From positions 30,046-94,045 of the forward strand of contig CAVKZS010000001.1 of assembly GCA_963660925.1 (NCBI GenBank): a stretch of DNA of 64,000 nt, read 5' to 3'. The notes beneath the pieces were generated by a model, which was not told the origin of the DNA, searched no databases, and saw only the letters and a list, made by a program, of their open reading frames with translations. The stretch comes from Eubacterium sp. CAG:38. Its GTDB lineage: Bacteria > Bacillota > Clostridia > Oscillospirales > Ruminococcaceae. Within the stretch, counting starts at the first letter, position 1. Each line of letters opens with the position of its first letter. Positions 8,977-18,266 of the stretch are shown piece after piece. Both the position numbers and the translations under genes were made by a program.

Positions 8977-10500
8977 TCAGTTGACGGGTTTCATGCTTGC
9001 GGGGTCCTCCACGGCACCGGGACGGCCGCTCTCGTCGGGCAGACGCTTCATCCCGCCGGGATTGGGGGCCTGTGCAGGCAGAGTGAACACGAACTTGCAC
9101 CACTCTCCCTGCTGGCTCTCCACCCGGATCTGCCCGCCGGCCAGATTGACCAGCACCTTGCAGATGTTCAGGCCGAGGCCCGCGCCCCGGGCGTGCAGCC
9201 CGCGGGAGCGGTCTTCCTTGTAGAACCGCTCAAAGACATAGGGCAGTGCTTCCGGGCTGATGCCCTGTCCGGAGTTCCAGATGGAGATCTCCACATCTGG
9301 GCCAAGCTTTTCGACGCCGAAGCGGATGGTGCCGCCGGCGGGGGTGAACTTGATGGCGTTGTCCAGCAGGTTGTAGGCCACCTGATGGATCAGGTCGGGG
9401 TCGGCGTAGACCAGAACCTTTTCGTCCATGGTCAGGCCCTCGATCTCGATCATACCGTCGTTGATCCGCTGCTCGGCCGACAGTGCCACGCCGGTCAGGG
9501 TCTCCCAGATGTTGAACATCCGGGCGTTGACCTGATACTCGCCGCTTTCCAGCTTGGACAGATCCAGCATATTCTGGATCAGCCGCGCCAGACGGCCCGT
9601 TTCCTCCGAGACCAGCTGCAGGTAATGATTCTGCATCTCGGGCGGGATAGTGCCGTCCAGAATGCCGTCAATGAAGCCCTTGATGGTGGTCATCGGAGTG
9701 CGCAGCTCGTGGGCGATGTTCCCCATGAACTGGCCCCGGGAGTTGTCGTTCATCTGGATGTTCTCGGCCATGGTGTTGAAGGTGCGGGCCAGATCTGCCA
9801 CCTCGCCTTCGCCTTCCACGCCCTCGACCCGCACCGACAGATCGCCGCCGCCGAACCGCTGGGCCGCGTCGGTGATCTTCTGGAGCGGATCGGTTAGCCG
9901 GCCCATCAGCCGCTTGGTGAACAGGCTCGCCACCAGCAGCATCAGGCAGGCCGACAGGAAGAAATTCGAGAAGAATTGATACCGGAACTCGGTCAGCCGC
10001 TTGCCGGACGAGCAGAGGAAGAGATAGCCGCTGCGGTTTCCGGCCACTCGCATATTCTCGATGGGGTGGATGGAAACATAGGTCTTTTCATCCAGTACCC
10101 CGTCCAATGTGCCGAACGTATGATAGTTTTCTGCCGCCGTGTCTGCCTTTTCCAGCAGGGCAGCAGGCACTACGTCTTCCTGAATGTTCTCTTCGTCCGA
10201 GGCCAGCAGGATGTTGCCGTCGGTGTCGGTGAAGAAGAGATACGCCTCCGCACTCTCGCCGATGATCTCCAGCTTGGTGCTCAGGGCGTCCAGCTCCTCG
10301 CCCTCGGGCAGAGCGGCCTCTTCGACAAAGTAGGACGCCGCCCGCTGGGTGACGCTGACCACTTCATCCAGCGCATCGTACCGCTCCCGGGCGAAATACT
10401 GGTTGAACAGCACCCACTCCGACGCGCCCATCACCACGATGCCCAGCAGCATCAGGGTGGACACCATCGAGAAGAAGGTGACCGAGATACTTTTGCGCAT
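8977..10500 (-). CDS. Sensor histidine kinase (2 TM, HAMP, HisKA, HATPase)
   Basis: AHELRTPMT H-box, NLLDNAIKF N-box, GAGLGL G2 box. Confidence 0.95.
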   Translation of the reverse strand: MRKSISVTFFSMVSTLMLLGIVVMGASEWVLFNQYFARERYDALDEVVSVTQRAASYFVEEAALPEGEELDALSTKLEIIGESAEAYLFFTDTDGNILLASDEENIQEDVVPAALLEKADTAAENYHTFGTLDGVLDEKTYVSIHPIENMRVAGNRSGYLFLCSSGKRLTEFRYQFFSNFFLSACLMLLVASLFTKRLMGRLTDPLQKITDAAQRFGGGDLSVRVEGVEGEGEVADLARTFNTMAENIQMNDNSRGQFMGNIAHELRTPMTTIKGFIDGILDGTIPPEMQNHYLQLVSEETGRLARLIQNMLDLSKLESGEYQVNARMFNIWETLTGVALSAEQRINDGMIEIEGLTMDEKVLVYADPDLIHQVAYNLLDNAIKFTPAGGTIRFGVEKLGPDVEISIWNSGQGISPEALPYVFERFYKEDRSRGLHARGAGLGLNICKVLVNLAGGQIRVESQQGEWCKFVFTLPAQAPNPGGMKRLPDESGRPGAVEDPASMKPVN

Positions 10501-11195
10501 TACTGACGCACCTCGAATTTATAGCCCACGCCCCAGACGGTCTTCAGCTCCCACTTGTCGGAAGCACCGGCCAGCTTCTCGCGCAGACGCTTCACATGGA
10601 CGTCGATGGTGCGGGAGTCGCCGTAATACTCGAAGCCCCACACCTCGTCCAGCAGCTGGTCGCGGGTGTAGACCCGGTTGGGGTGAGACGCCAGACAGTT
10701 GAGCAGTTCCAGCTCCTTCGGGGGAGCCTCCACCACCTTGCCCTTGACCCGCAGCTCGTAGCTGTTCATGTCGAGGCGCAGGTTGTCGAACTCAATGACG
10801 CCCTCGGTGCTCTCGGTCTTGGTGGAGGTGGTGCAGCGGCGGAGCACCGCCTTGATGCGGGCCACCACCTCTTTGGAGTCGAAGGGCTTGACCATGTAAT
10901 CGTCTGCACCCAGCTCGAGACCCAGAACCTTATCGAAGGTCTCGCCTTTGGCCGTCAGCATCATCACAGGGGTGTTGCCCAGCTTGCGGATGCGGCGGCA
11001 GACTTCAAGGCCGTCCATCTTGGGCATCATCACGTCCAGCAGCACCATGTCGGGCTTGACCTGATTGAACTTTTCAAGGCCCTCTTCGCCATCGTTGGCC
11101 ACCGTGACCTGATAGCCTTCCTTGGTCAGATAAAGCCGCAGCAGTTCGCAGATATTGGTATCGTCGTCCACGACGAGGATCTTTTCGTTTGCCAT
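10500..11195 (-). CDS. OmpR/PhoB-family response regulator
   Basis: VVDDD, LLDVMMP, GADDY and KPF receiver motifs; winged helix RTIDVHVKRLR...TVWGVGY. Confidence 0.95.
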   Translation of the reverse strand: MANEKILVVDDDTNICELLRLYLTKEGYQVTVANDGEEGLEKFNQVKPDMVLLDVMMPKMDGLEVCRRIRKLGNTPVMMLTAKGETFDKVLGLELGADDYMVKPFDSKEVVARIKAVLRRCTTSTKTESTEGVIEFDNLRLDMNSYELRVKGKVVEAPPKELELLNCLASHPNRVYTRDQLLDEVWGFEYYGDSRTIDVHVKRLREKLAGASDKWELKTVWGVGYKFEVRQ

Positions 11196-11357
11196 AAGTG
11201 TTCTTCCTCCTGTGTATCCTGTATGCCCTGCCGATCGGCAAAGCTTCCAATTCTAACCTTATTCTCTATTATACGGGACAGTTATGACAAAATAAAGAAG
11301 GTTTTGTATGATTTTTTCACATTTGGGGGAGCAACTGCCGCCGAGATCCCGTGCCGC

Positions 11358-12176
11358 TCACCGCATTAGATACGCATACCGCCGCATTTGTTCCCGAAGA
11401 AGCTGTTCCACACGGGAGATCACTTGCTCCGGATAGTATTCCTGCAGCGGTCGAAGTTCCTCGGCCACTTCTTTGGCTCCAAAACGGAAATGCAGCGGGA
11501 TCCCGTACAACTCTTCCGCAGCATCCACCTGCTGCTCAAAGCTTGCGTGGAATGGTTTTGCTTTCACGCACTTTCTGCAATCGTCCAGCGATCGATCCAG
11601 CGAAAAATCACAGCTCGTATCTGCCAGCAATGAAAGTCCCTGATCGAAGAATGGGCTTAATTCATAACGGTCTTGTTCTGTATCGTATAGGACCGCTATG
11701 TTATTGGTGTGGCGATCTTCGTTCAGGAAAAACGCATCCAGTTCCAACATCGCGGTCAGATACGTCCCAAATCCGGTCAGACCTGTGTACTGTTCAACTT
11801 GCTCTACGGTGTATCGGATCCGATCCGGCACTTCCCCAAACTCGACCAGCCGCAGAGCCAGACTTCTGCCGGTGTGCTGCCGATACAGTTTTTCCAGCGG
11901 GATCAGCTTTTGGTTTTCCTTCAGAAAATTCTTGCTGCGGCAGCCGGTCAGCTTTTGTCCTCTGTATAAAATCTCCACTGGATCGTACTCCACAAACGGA
12001 TAATTCAGCTCTGCTCTGCACAGCAGCTGGGATACCAGAACCTCTGCCAGTCCTTCATACCCCATGTGGTCTGCCTTATACCACCATTCTCCCAGCTTCC
12101 ATTTCAGCTGGTTTCCCTTCGAGGTGTGCCCTTCGGTCTCCTGCAGCCGGATTTCGCTCAAATCTATGCGTTCCAT
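11358..12176 (-). CDS. HipA/CtkA-like serine/threonine kinase
   Basis: SKGNQLK loop, catalytic LNEDRHTNN, Mg-binding LSPFFDQG. Lacks a HipA N-terminal subdomain. Confidence 0.8.
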   Translation of the reverse strand: MERIDLSEIRLQETEGHTSKGNQLKWKLGEWWYKADHMGYEGLAEVLVSQLLCRAELNYPFVEYDPVEILYRGQKLTGCRSKNFLKENQKLIPLEKLYRQHTGRSLALRLVEFGEVPDRIRYTVEQVEQYTGLTGFGTYLTAMLELDAFFLNEDRHTNNIAVLYDTEQDRYELSPFFDQGLSLLADTSCDFSLDRSLDDCRKCVKAKPFHASFEQQVDAAEELYGIPLHFRFGAKEVAEELRPLQEYYPEQVISRVEQLLREQMRRYAYLMR

Positions 12177-12186
12177 AATTCACCCC

Positions 12187-12792
12187 TCATGAAGCCTTTT
12201 TGTGGATCACGTCGATCCATTGCTGATCCTCGGCCATCCGGCCCTTGGTTTTCTCAATGATCAGAAGCGGATCGTAAAACGGCACCCCCACATCGCTCAG
12301 GACCCATTTCAGGTGCGCCCGCGTCTCCGGAAAACACCGGTCTTTCAGGAACCACTCAAAATCTTCCCACGTCGGGTTTTCTACTGTACCGAATGCCCGA
12401 AGTGGAATTTTGTCCGTGTAATTTTTGATGCTGATCTTCTCGTGTTTAAAATCCACATCAATGGTGGTACACAGCTCATTCTGATTCATATAGTTGAGCC
12501 GCAATGCCACATCCGGGTCGTCGCTGCACTTTTCCATCCGATCCAGCTGCTTGTAGATCGTCTGGCGGCTGACCCTGTACCGTTTCGCAAGCTCTGTCGC
12601 TCCCATTCCCTGCCGATGCAGTGCCAGCATTTCTGCCGCCTGCTGCGGCGTCAGGCTGCTTTTGCGTCCGGCCCCGCGCTCGTTGCGGGGAATCTTCTTT
12701 TCACACCGGGCTTTCTGTGCAATTGTGCGCAGCTCGTCGGGGTCAACTGTCCCAAAAATATCAAAAACCTGCGTCTTGAAGTCCTCTTTCAT
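12187..12792 (-). CDS. HTH protein with C-terminal HipS/HipA-N-like domain; putative antitoxin
   Basis: Resolvase-type HTH (AGRKSSL...ELAKRYRVSRQTIYK) plus FLKDRCFPETR...YDPLLII...GRMAEDQQWI. GGGAGG SD before ATG 12792. Confidence 0.65.
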   Translation of the reverse strand: MKEDFKTQVFDIFGTVDPDELRTIAQKARCEKKIPRNERGAGRKSSLTPQQAAEMLALHRQGMGATELAKRYRVSRQTIYKQLDRMEKCSDDPDVALRLNYMNQNELCTTIDVDFKHEKISIKNYTDKIPLRAFGTVENPTWEDFEWFLKDRCFPETRAHLKWVLSDVGVPFYDPLLIIEKTKGRMAEDQQWIDVIHKKAS

Positions 12793-12814
12793 CGCTGTGC
12801 CTCCCTTCACTTTT

Positions 12815-12843
12815 ATTATAGTTTCGCTTCACCCGTATGTCAA
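12815..12843 (-). promoter_or_regulatory. Sigma70/SigA promoter for the HTH-kinase pair
   Basis: Perfect TTGACA-17 bp-TATAAT on the minus strand. Confidence 0.85.
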
Positions 12844-12899
12844 TCTTTTAATTTTCTTACGTTTCATTTTTTGTTCAGCATTTAAACTTTCGCTTTCTC

Positions 12900-12928
12900 T
12901 TGCACTCCCGCCCGCCTTTGCGTATAAT
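12900..12928 (+). promoter_or_regulatory. SigA promoter of ychF
   Basis: TTGCAC-17 bp-TATAAT. Confidence 0.75.
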
Positions 12929-12976
12929 GATAGATGTATTATTATGTTCACCAAACGTGTAAGGAGCGTATTCTAT

Positions 12977-14110
12977 ATGAAATTAGGTATCGTCGGCCTG
13001 CCGAACGTCGGCAAGTCCACTCTGTTCAACGCCATCACCTCCACCAAGAACGCGGAGGCGGCCAACTATCCCTTCTGCACCATTGAGCCGAACTCCGGCA
13101 TCGTGGCTGTGCCCGACAAGCGGCTGGACAAGCTGGCCGAGATCTGGCAGACCAGCAAAAAGACGCCCGCCATCGTCGAGTTCGTGGACATCGCCGGTCT
13201 GGTCAAGGGTGCCAGTCAGGGTGCGGGCCTTGGCAACAAGTTCCTCGGCCACATCCGCGAGTGCGATGCCATCGTGCACGTCGTCCGCTGCTTCGACGAT
13301 GACAACATCATCCACGTCGTCGAGGACGTGACCAAGGCCGAGGCCGTGGATCCCATCGCCGACATCGACGCCATCGACTATGAGCTGATCCTCTCCGACC
13401 TCGAAGTGGTCCAGAACCGCGCAGGCCGGATGGCCAAAGCCGCCAAGAGCGGCAACAACAAGGGTGCTGCTGCCGAGGCCGAGTGGCTGCAGAAGCTTGC
13501 CGACCACCTGAGTGCCGGCAAGCCCGCCCGCAGCTTTGAGTTCGACGAGAACGACACCGAGCAGCAGAACGTTCTGCGTGAGATGGGCCTGCTCAGCGCA
13601 AAGCCTGTTCTGTACGCCTGCAACGTGGGCGAGGACGACCTGATGGACGGCATCGAGAACAACAAATACGTCCCGCTGGTGGCCGCCCGCGCCAAAGAAG
13701 AGGGTGCCCGCTACATTCCCATCTGCGCCAAGACCGAAGAGGACATCGCCGACTACTCGCCCGAAGAGAAGAAAGCTTTCCTCGCCGAGATGGGCATCGA
13801 GGCCAGCGGTCTGGACAACCTGATCACCGCCAGCTACGATCTGCTGGGCCTGATCTCCTTCCTGACCGACGGCAAGAAAGAGTGCCGCGCATGGACCATC
13901 CGTAAGGGCACCAAGGCTCCGCAGGCTGCCGGCAAGATCCACAGCGACTTCGAGCGCGGCTTCATCCGCGCCAGCGTCATCAGCTACGGCGACCTCGAGG
14001 CCAACAACTTCGATTACGCGGCGGTCAAGGCCAAGGGCCTGCAGCGCACCGAGGGTAAGGAGTACGTCGTGCAGGACGGCGATGTGATCGAGTTTCTGTT
14101 TAATGTATGA
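12977..14110 (+). CDS. ychF: Ribosome-binding ATPase YchF
   Basis: [48 protein letters not shown] motifs; AAGGAG SD. Confidence 0.97.
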   Translation: MKLGIVGLPNVGKSTLFNAITSTKNAEAANYPFCTIEPNSGIVAVPDKRLDKLAEIWQTSKKTPAIVEFVDIAGLVKGASQGAGLGNKFLGHIRECDAIVHVVRCFDDDNIIHVVEDVTKAEAVDPIADIDAIDYELILSDLEVVQNRAGRMAKAAKSGNNKGAAAEAEWLQKLADHLSAGKPARSFEFDENDTEQQNVLREMGLLSAKPVLYACNVGEDDLMDGIENNKYVPLVAARAKEEGARYIPICAKTEEDIADYSPEEKKAFLAEMGIEASGLDNLITASYDLLGLISFLTDGKKECRAWTIRKGTKAPQAAGKIHSDFERGFIRASVISYGDLEANNFDYAAVKAKGLQRTEGKEYVVQDGDVIEFLFNV

Positions 14111-14117
14111 TTAAAAT

Positions 14118-14273
14118 AAACCTCTCAGTCTGCTTCGCAGACAGCTCTCCTAGTAGGAGAGCCCTTGGCAAAGAGGGATTGTTTTCGGATTCCATCGAAA
14201 ACGCTGCGGATTGCCAAGGCCTCCCCTATCAGGGGAGGTGGCATCGAGCGAAGCGAAGATGACGGAGAGGTTT
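14118..14273. repeat. REP-like palindromic element, inverted dimer
   Basis: Two inverted units of AACCTCTC(A/C)GTC-hairpin-CA(G/C)CTC(T/C)CC-N-GG(A/G)GAG-CCTTGGCA; the same family recurs four more times in the window. Confidence 0.8.
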
Positions 14274-14289
14274 TTAGAAGGAGTTTTAA

Positions 14290-14973
14290 ATGATTATCGG
14301 AATTATGGGCGCGATGCCCGATGAAGTCGATCAGCTCTGCGCCAAGCTCACGGATGTTACCGTGGAACCTTACGGCGGTGTGGAGTACCACAAGGGCACG
14401 CTGGCCGGCAAGCAGGTGGTTGTCTGCTGCGCCGGCATGGGCAAGGCCAACGCCGCCGCCACCACGCAGGTGCTCATCACGAAGTACGGTGCCGAGAAGA
14501 TCATCTTCTCCGGCATCGCCGGCAACATGACCTCCAAGATCGGCATCGGCGATGTGGTCATCGGCAAGACCGTCCTCTACCACGACGCCCAGCTGGACAT
14601 GATCTGCCAGAACCCGCCCTTCCTGAAGGAGTACACCGGCGACCCGGCCCTGATCGCCGCCGCCGAAGCCGCCTGCGCCAAGGTGGGCGTGAAGTCTCTG
14701 ACCGGCAAGATTGCCACCGGCGACCTGTTCGTGGGCGACAGCGAGACGAAAGCCGCCATCGAGAAGAAGTGCGCCCCCGACTGCGTGGAGATGGAGGGTG
14801 CTGCGGTCAGCCAGATCGCGGCCAAGAACGGGGTGCCCTGCGTCATCCTGCGCGCTATGAGCGACAACGCCGACGAGGACGGCCACGAGGTGCTGGTGGT
14901 CAAGAAGTTCAGCATCGCCGAGTATGTAGCCACCGCCACCAAGATCGTGGCGGCGATGGTGGAGAGCTTATAA
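14290..14973 (+). CDS. mtnN: 5'-methylthioadenosine/S-adenosylhomocysteine nucleosidase
   Basis: IGIMGAMPDEV, GMGKANAA, VEMEGAA, RAMSDNA motifs. Confidence 0.92.
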   Translation: MIIGIMGAMPDEVDQLCAKLTDVTVEPYGGVEYHKGTLAGKQVVVCCAGMGKANAAATTQVLITKYGAEKIIFSGIAGNMTSKIGIGDVVIGKTVLYHDAQLDMICQNPPFLKEYTGDPALIAAAEAACAKVGVKSLTGKIATGDLFVGDSETKAAIEKKCAPDCVEMEGAAVSQIAAKNGVPCVILRAMSDNADEDGHEVLVVKKFSIAEYVATATKIVAAMVESL

Positions 14974-15408
14974 AAACTGCTCCAGCTTGATCCGGTTGTC
15001 TTCCTCAAAATCTTGCAGTTTCTGCATCAGCCGCTTGGAGCCGGGGGCTGCGTCCGGGTAGTCTTTCTGGCTCTTCACACAGTCCATCACGCCCTGACTG
15101 CTGCCCTCGGACAGCATTTCGGCCAGATTCCGGGTGGATTTGTCGGTCATGGTCTTCATAGCGACGCCCATCTTGGTGTTGAACTTGGCCATCGCGCTCT
15201 GTCCCTGCGCGGTGCCGCCGCAGGCGGCAATGGCCGTGTGCGCCTCCTGATTGAGCTGGCGGTAGATGTTCTGCTGGCGGAGCAGTTCGGCCTTGAACCG
15301 GGCGTCGTCGGTCATGGGGACGATCTGCTCGAGGGTGTTCTTCCCCATTTCGGTGTTCTGCACCACGGCTTCCAGCAGGTTGAGGTTGTCGTTTTTCTGA
15401 TTTTCCAT
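14968..15408 (-). CDS. Conserved hypothetical protein (helical, possibly ferritin-like bundle)
   Basis: 146-aa ORF with host-like codon usage and a GGGGGA SD. Confidence 0.7.
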   Translation of the reverse strand: MENQKNDNLNLLEAVVQNTEMGKNTLEQIVPMTDDARFKAELLRQQNIYRQLNQEAHTAIAACGGTAQGQSAMAKFNTKMGVAMKTMTDKSTRNLAEMLSEGSSQGVMDCVKSQKDYPDAAPGSKRLMQKLQDFEEDNRIKLEQFL

Positions 15409-15410
15409 AC

Positions 15411-15454
15411 AAAAAATCCCCCTTTTGGCGTTATCCTGTCCAAAAGGGGGATTT
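15411..15454 (-). terminator. Intrinsic terminator-like hairpin overlapping the SD of the next gene
   Basis: 15-bp perfect stem AAATCCCCCTTTTGG / CCAAAAGGGGGATTT with a T run on the minus strand. Confidence 0.7.
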
Positions 15455-15468
15455 CTTATACCTGTTGG

Positions 15469-16266
15469 TTATTTATAGCTGTAAATGGAATCGCCGCCGG
15501 CAGCTTCGATCTCACGCAGGCGGTCTTCGGCCAGCTGATAGAGTGCCTCCCAGTTGCGGCAGTGCACCTCATGGGTAGAGGCCACGGCGATGGACTGGGT
15601 GAAGGGCACCCGGCGCATCAGGCCCACCGAAGCGATGCACTCCCGCGGCATCTCCTTGCAGATCTCCCGCAGCTCTGCCGCCAGCTCCTCGCCGGTCTTG
15701 TCGGCACAGGCGATCAGGAACAGCGCGTCGCTCATCCGGCAGACCACCCGTTCCGCCGGGCGGTCGTAATGCTTCTTCCACTGGTTTGCCACAAAGCAGA
15801 CCAGCTGATCCATCACGGCCTCGCCCTGTTTGCGGCACATCTCCACGGCGTGGTCGATCTCAACCAGCGCGATGGACGCGCAGCGGTGAGCGTCCGCCCA
15901 CTCGTCCAGCTTGGTGCACAGTTCGGTCTCGGCATAGCGGCGGTTGAATACCCCCGACAGAAAGTCGTGGTTCATGTCCTCACGGCACATCTCCCGCTCC
16001 CGGGCGGTCATCCGGTCCTCCGGCAGGGTGTTGCCTGCCAGCGGCGCGGTCATGGTCAGCTCCCAGAGCTTGTCATCGGCCCAGATCTGGCGGCGCAGCA
16101 CACAGTCCACCTGACCGTTGCGCAGTACATAATCCACCATCAGGCCGTCGTCCTGCCAGTTGCGAGCCATCTCTTCGTCGGCTTCGGTCAGGGTCACTTC
16201 CTCAAATGCGGGCTTGGCCCCCTCCGCGAACCGGCGCAGATCCTGCTCCGTCCATTCATTTTTCAT
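15469..16266 (-). CDS. Degenerate GGDEF-domain protein
   Basis: HDFLSGVFNRR and ALVEIDH motifs are present, but RMSDALF replaces R-x-GGDEF. Confidence 0.75.
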   Translation of the reverse strand: MKNEWTEQDLRRFAEGAKPAFEEVTLTEADEEMARNWQDDGLMVDYVLRNGQVDCVLRRQIWADDKLWELTMTAPLAGNTLPEDRMTAREREMCREDMNHDFLSGVFNRRYAETELCTKLDEWADAHRCASIALVEIDHAVEMCRKQGEAVMDQLVCFVANQWKKHYDRPAERVVCRMSDALFLIACADKTGEELAAELREICKEMPRECIASVGLMRRVPFTQSIAVASTHEVHCRNWEALYQLAEDRLREIEAAGGDSIYSYK

Positions 16267-16470
16267 GCGTTATTTTCCCCATCATCACGCGTGCCGGGTT
16301 CTCTTTTCCCGGTGCGCTGCTCTTCGTGAACTCAAATTTCCACGGTGTCGTCACGATTCTGGGTAAATTATACCACTGCGGGCAGGCCGTTGCCAGCAAA
16401 ACGCACAAATATCTTGAAAGTTTTTTGCATTTTCAGCAGATTGCTAAATTCTGCTCTTTTTTTCGACAAA

Positions 16471-18012
16471 TTATGCACGGCAATACACTTCGCATTCCGC
16501 GCAGATCCGCTTGGCCAGCATCTCGGTCTCAAAACCGGCCGCAGCACGCCACGTCCAGTTTCCGCCCAGCTTGCCCGGGGTGTTCAGATGCGCTTCGGCT
16601 CCCAGACCCAGCCAATCGGACATAGGGATGATGGTGCGGTCGGCCACCGAGCCGAGGGCGGCGCGGATCAGCGCGATGCGGGCGGCATCCACCTTGACGG
16701 CAGCGACTTCCTTGGCGGTGGGCTTGCAGGGGGCCAGATGCAGGTAGGCGGCCACATTGGCCTTCTCCTTCTCGGTGGCCAGATTGGTCCACCAGTCGGT
16801 CAGGGTGGTGTTGTCGTGGGTGCCCGGGTAGACCACGCAGTTCTTGACGTGGTTGTGGGGCAGATACTCGTTGTCGCCGCCGCTGAAGGCAAACTGCAGG
16901 ACTTTCATGCCCGGGAAGGTGCTGTCGGCCAGCAGGTCGCGGACGCTCTGGCAGAGGTCGCCCAGATCCTCGGCGATGATGGGCAGCTTGCCGAGGGCTG
17001 TTTCCAGCGCGTGGAAGAGGTCCATCCGGGGGCCGATCTCCCACTTGCCGGTGCGGGCCGTGGGGCTGCCCGCCGGGATCGCCCAGTAAGTATCGAAGCC
17101 GCGGAAGTGGTCGATCCGCAGCAGGTCGTAGATGCCCAGCGCGTGGCGGACACGCTTGATCCACCATGCGTATCCGGTCTGTTTATGGTACGGCCAGTTA
17201 TACAGCGGGTTACCCCAGAGCTGGCCGTCGGCCGAGAAATAATCCGGCGGGCAGCCGGCGACCCGGGCAAAGCTGCCGTCCGGGTTCAGCTCGAACAGTT
17301 CGCCGCCGACCCACGCATCCACCGAATCGGCCGAAACGTAGATGGGGATGTCGCCGAGGATCTGCACGCCCTTCGCGTTGGCGTAGGCCTTGACCTTCTT
17401 CCACTGGATCGCGAACTCATACTGCAAAAACTTCCAGAAGCCGATCTCCTCTTCGTTCTCGGCGCGGAACGCATTCAGGGCGTGCTCTTCCCGCTGGCGG
17501 TACTCGCGGGGCCACTCGGTCCAGCTCTTCATCCCGTTGGCGGTCTTGAGGGCCATATAAAGGGCGTAATCGTCCAGCCAGTTCTCGCTGGCGAGGGTAA
17601 AGGCATAGTAATCGTCGGGGTAGTACATCGCACAGCCGTGCTTATCGGCGCACTGCTTGCGCCATGCGGCGTAGGCCTCCCGCAGGACTTTGTACCGGCT
17701 GGTATACAGGGTGCCGTAGTCCACTTCCAGCGGCTTGTCGCCCCACTTTTCGGCTTTGAGCTGGGCGGCGGTCAGCAGGCCGTCGGCCTTGAGCGCGTCC
17801 AGATCAATGAAATAGGGGTTGCCCGCAAAGGCAGAGCAGCTCTGGTAGGGGCTGTCGCCGTAACCGGTGGGGCTCAGCGGCAGGATCTGCCAGATCTTCT
17901 GGCCCGCTTCGGCCAGAAAATCCACAAACTTCAATGCCTCCGCGCCGAAACAGCCGATCCCGTAAGGGCCGGGCAAGCTGGACACCGGCATCAGAATTCC
18001 ACTTTCACGCAT
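16471..18012 (-). CDS. malQ: 4-alpha-glucanotransferase (GH77)
   Basis: SGILMPVSSLP, GQLWGNPLY, RIDHFRGF, IIAEDLG, GTHDN motifs. Confidence 0.97.
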   Translation of the reverse strand: MRESGILMPVSSLPGPYGIGCFGAEALKFVDFLAEAGQKIWQILPLSPTGYGDSPYQSCSAFAGNPYFIDLDALKADGLLTAAQLKAEKWGDKPLEVDYGTLYTSRYKVLREAYAAWRKQCADKHGCAMYYPDDYYAFTLASENWLDDYALYMALKTANGMKSWTEWPREYRQREEHALNAFRAENEEEIGFWKFLQYEFAIQWKKVKAYANAKGVQILGDIPIYVSADSVDAWVGGELFELNPDGSFARVAGCPPDYFSADGQLWGNPLYNWPYHKQTGYAWWIKRVRHALGIYDLLRIDHFRGFDTYWAIPAGSPTARTGKWEIGPRMDLFHALETALGKLPIIAEDLGDLCQSVRDLLADSTFPGMKVLQFAFSGGDNEYLPHNHVKNCVVYPGTHDNTTLTDWWTNLATEKEKANVAAYLHLAPCKPTAKEVAAVKVDAARIALIRAALGSVADRTIIPMSDWLGLGAEAHLNTPGKLGGNWTWRAAAGFETEMLAKRICAECEVYCRA

Positions 18013-18189
18013 AATGATCCATTCCTCGATTCTTCTCAACAGATTTTTCAGCAGTTCAGGTAATTCTTATCATAACATAACCGCAGACTATTTTCCACAG
18101 CCAAAAAACGTGGTATACTGGTTTTATTGGCTGTTAAGTTCGAAGACAAGGCCCGCCCGTCTGCGATAGACGCTCAGACTTGCCCGGCC

Positions 18190-18248
18190 TGCCAAGGGCT
18201 CTCCCTCTGGGAGAGCTGGCAAAGCCGTAAGGCTTTGGCTGAGAGGGC
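18190..18248. repeat. REP-like element, monomer
   Basis: TGCCAAGGGCTCTCCCTCTGGGAGAGCTGGC-hairpin-CTGAGAGGG, the reverse orientation of the 14118 unit. Confidence 0.75.
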
Positions 18249-18266
18249 TATTAGAGAGGTACCCCC

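Noticed and set aside
14118..14273. REP-like repeats as a CRISPR array or IS ends
   Set aside because: Copies are dispersed, there is no repeat-spacer periodicity, and no cas or transposase gene is in the window.
14125..14886. ORF running into the REP-like element
   Set aside because: Antisense to mtnN; its C-terminus is translated repeat sequence.
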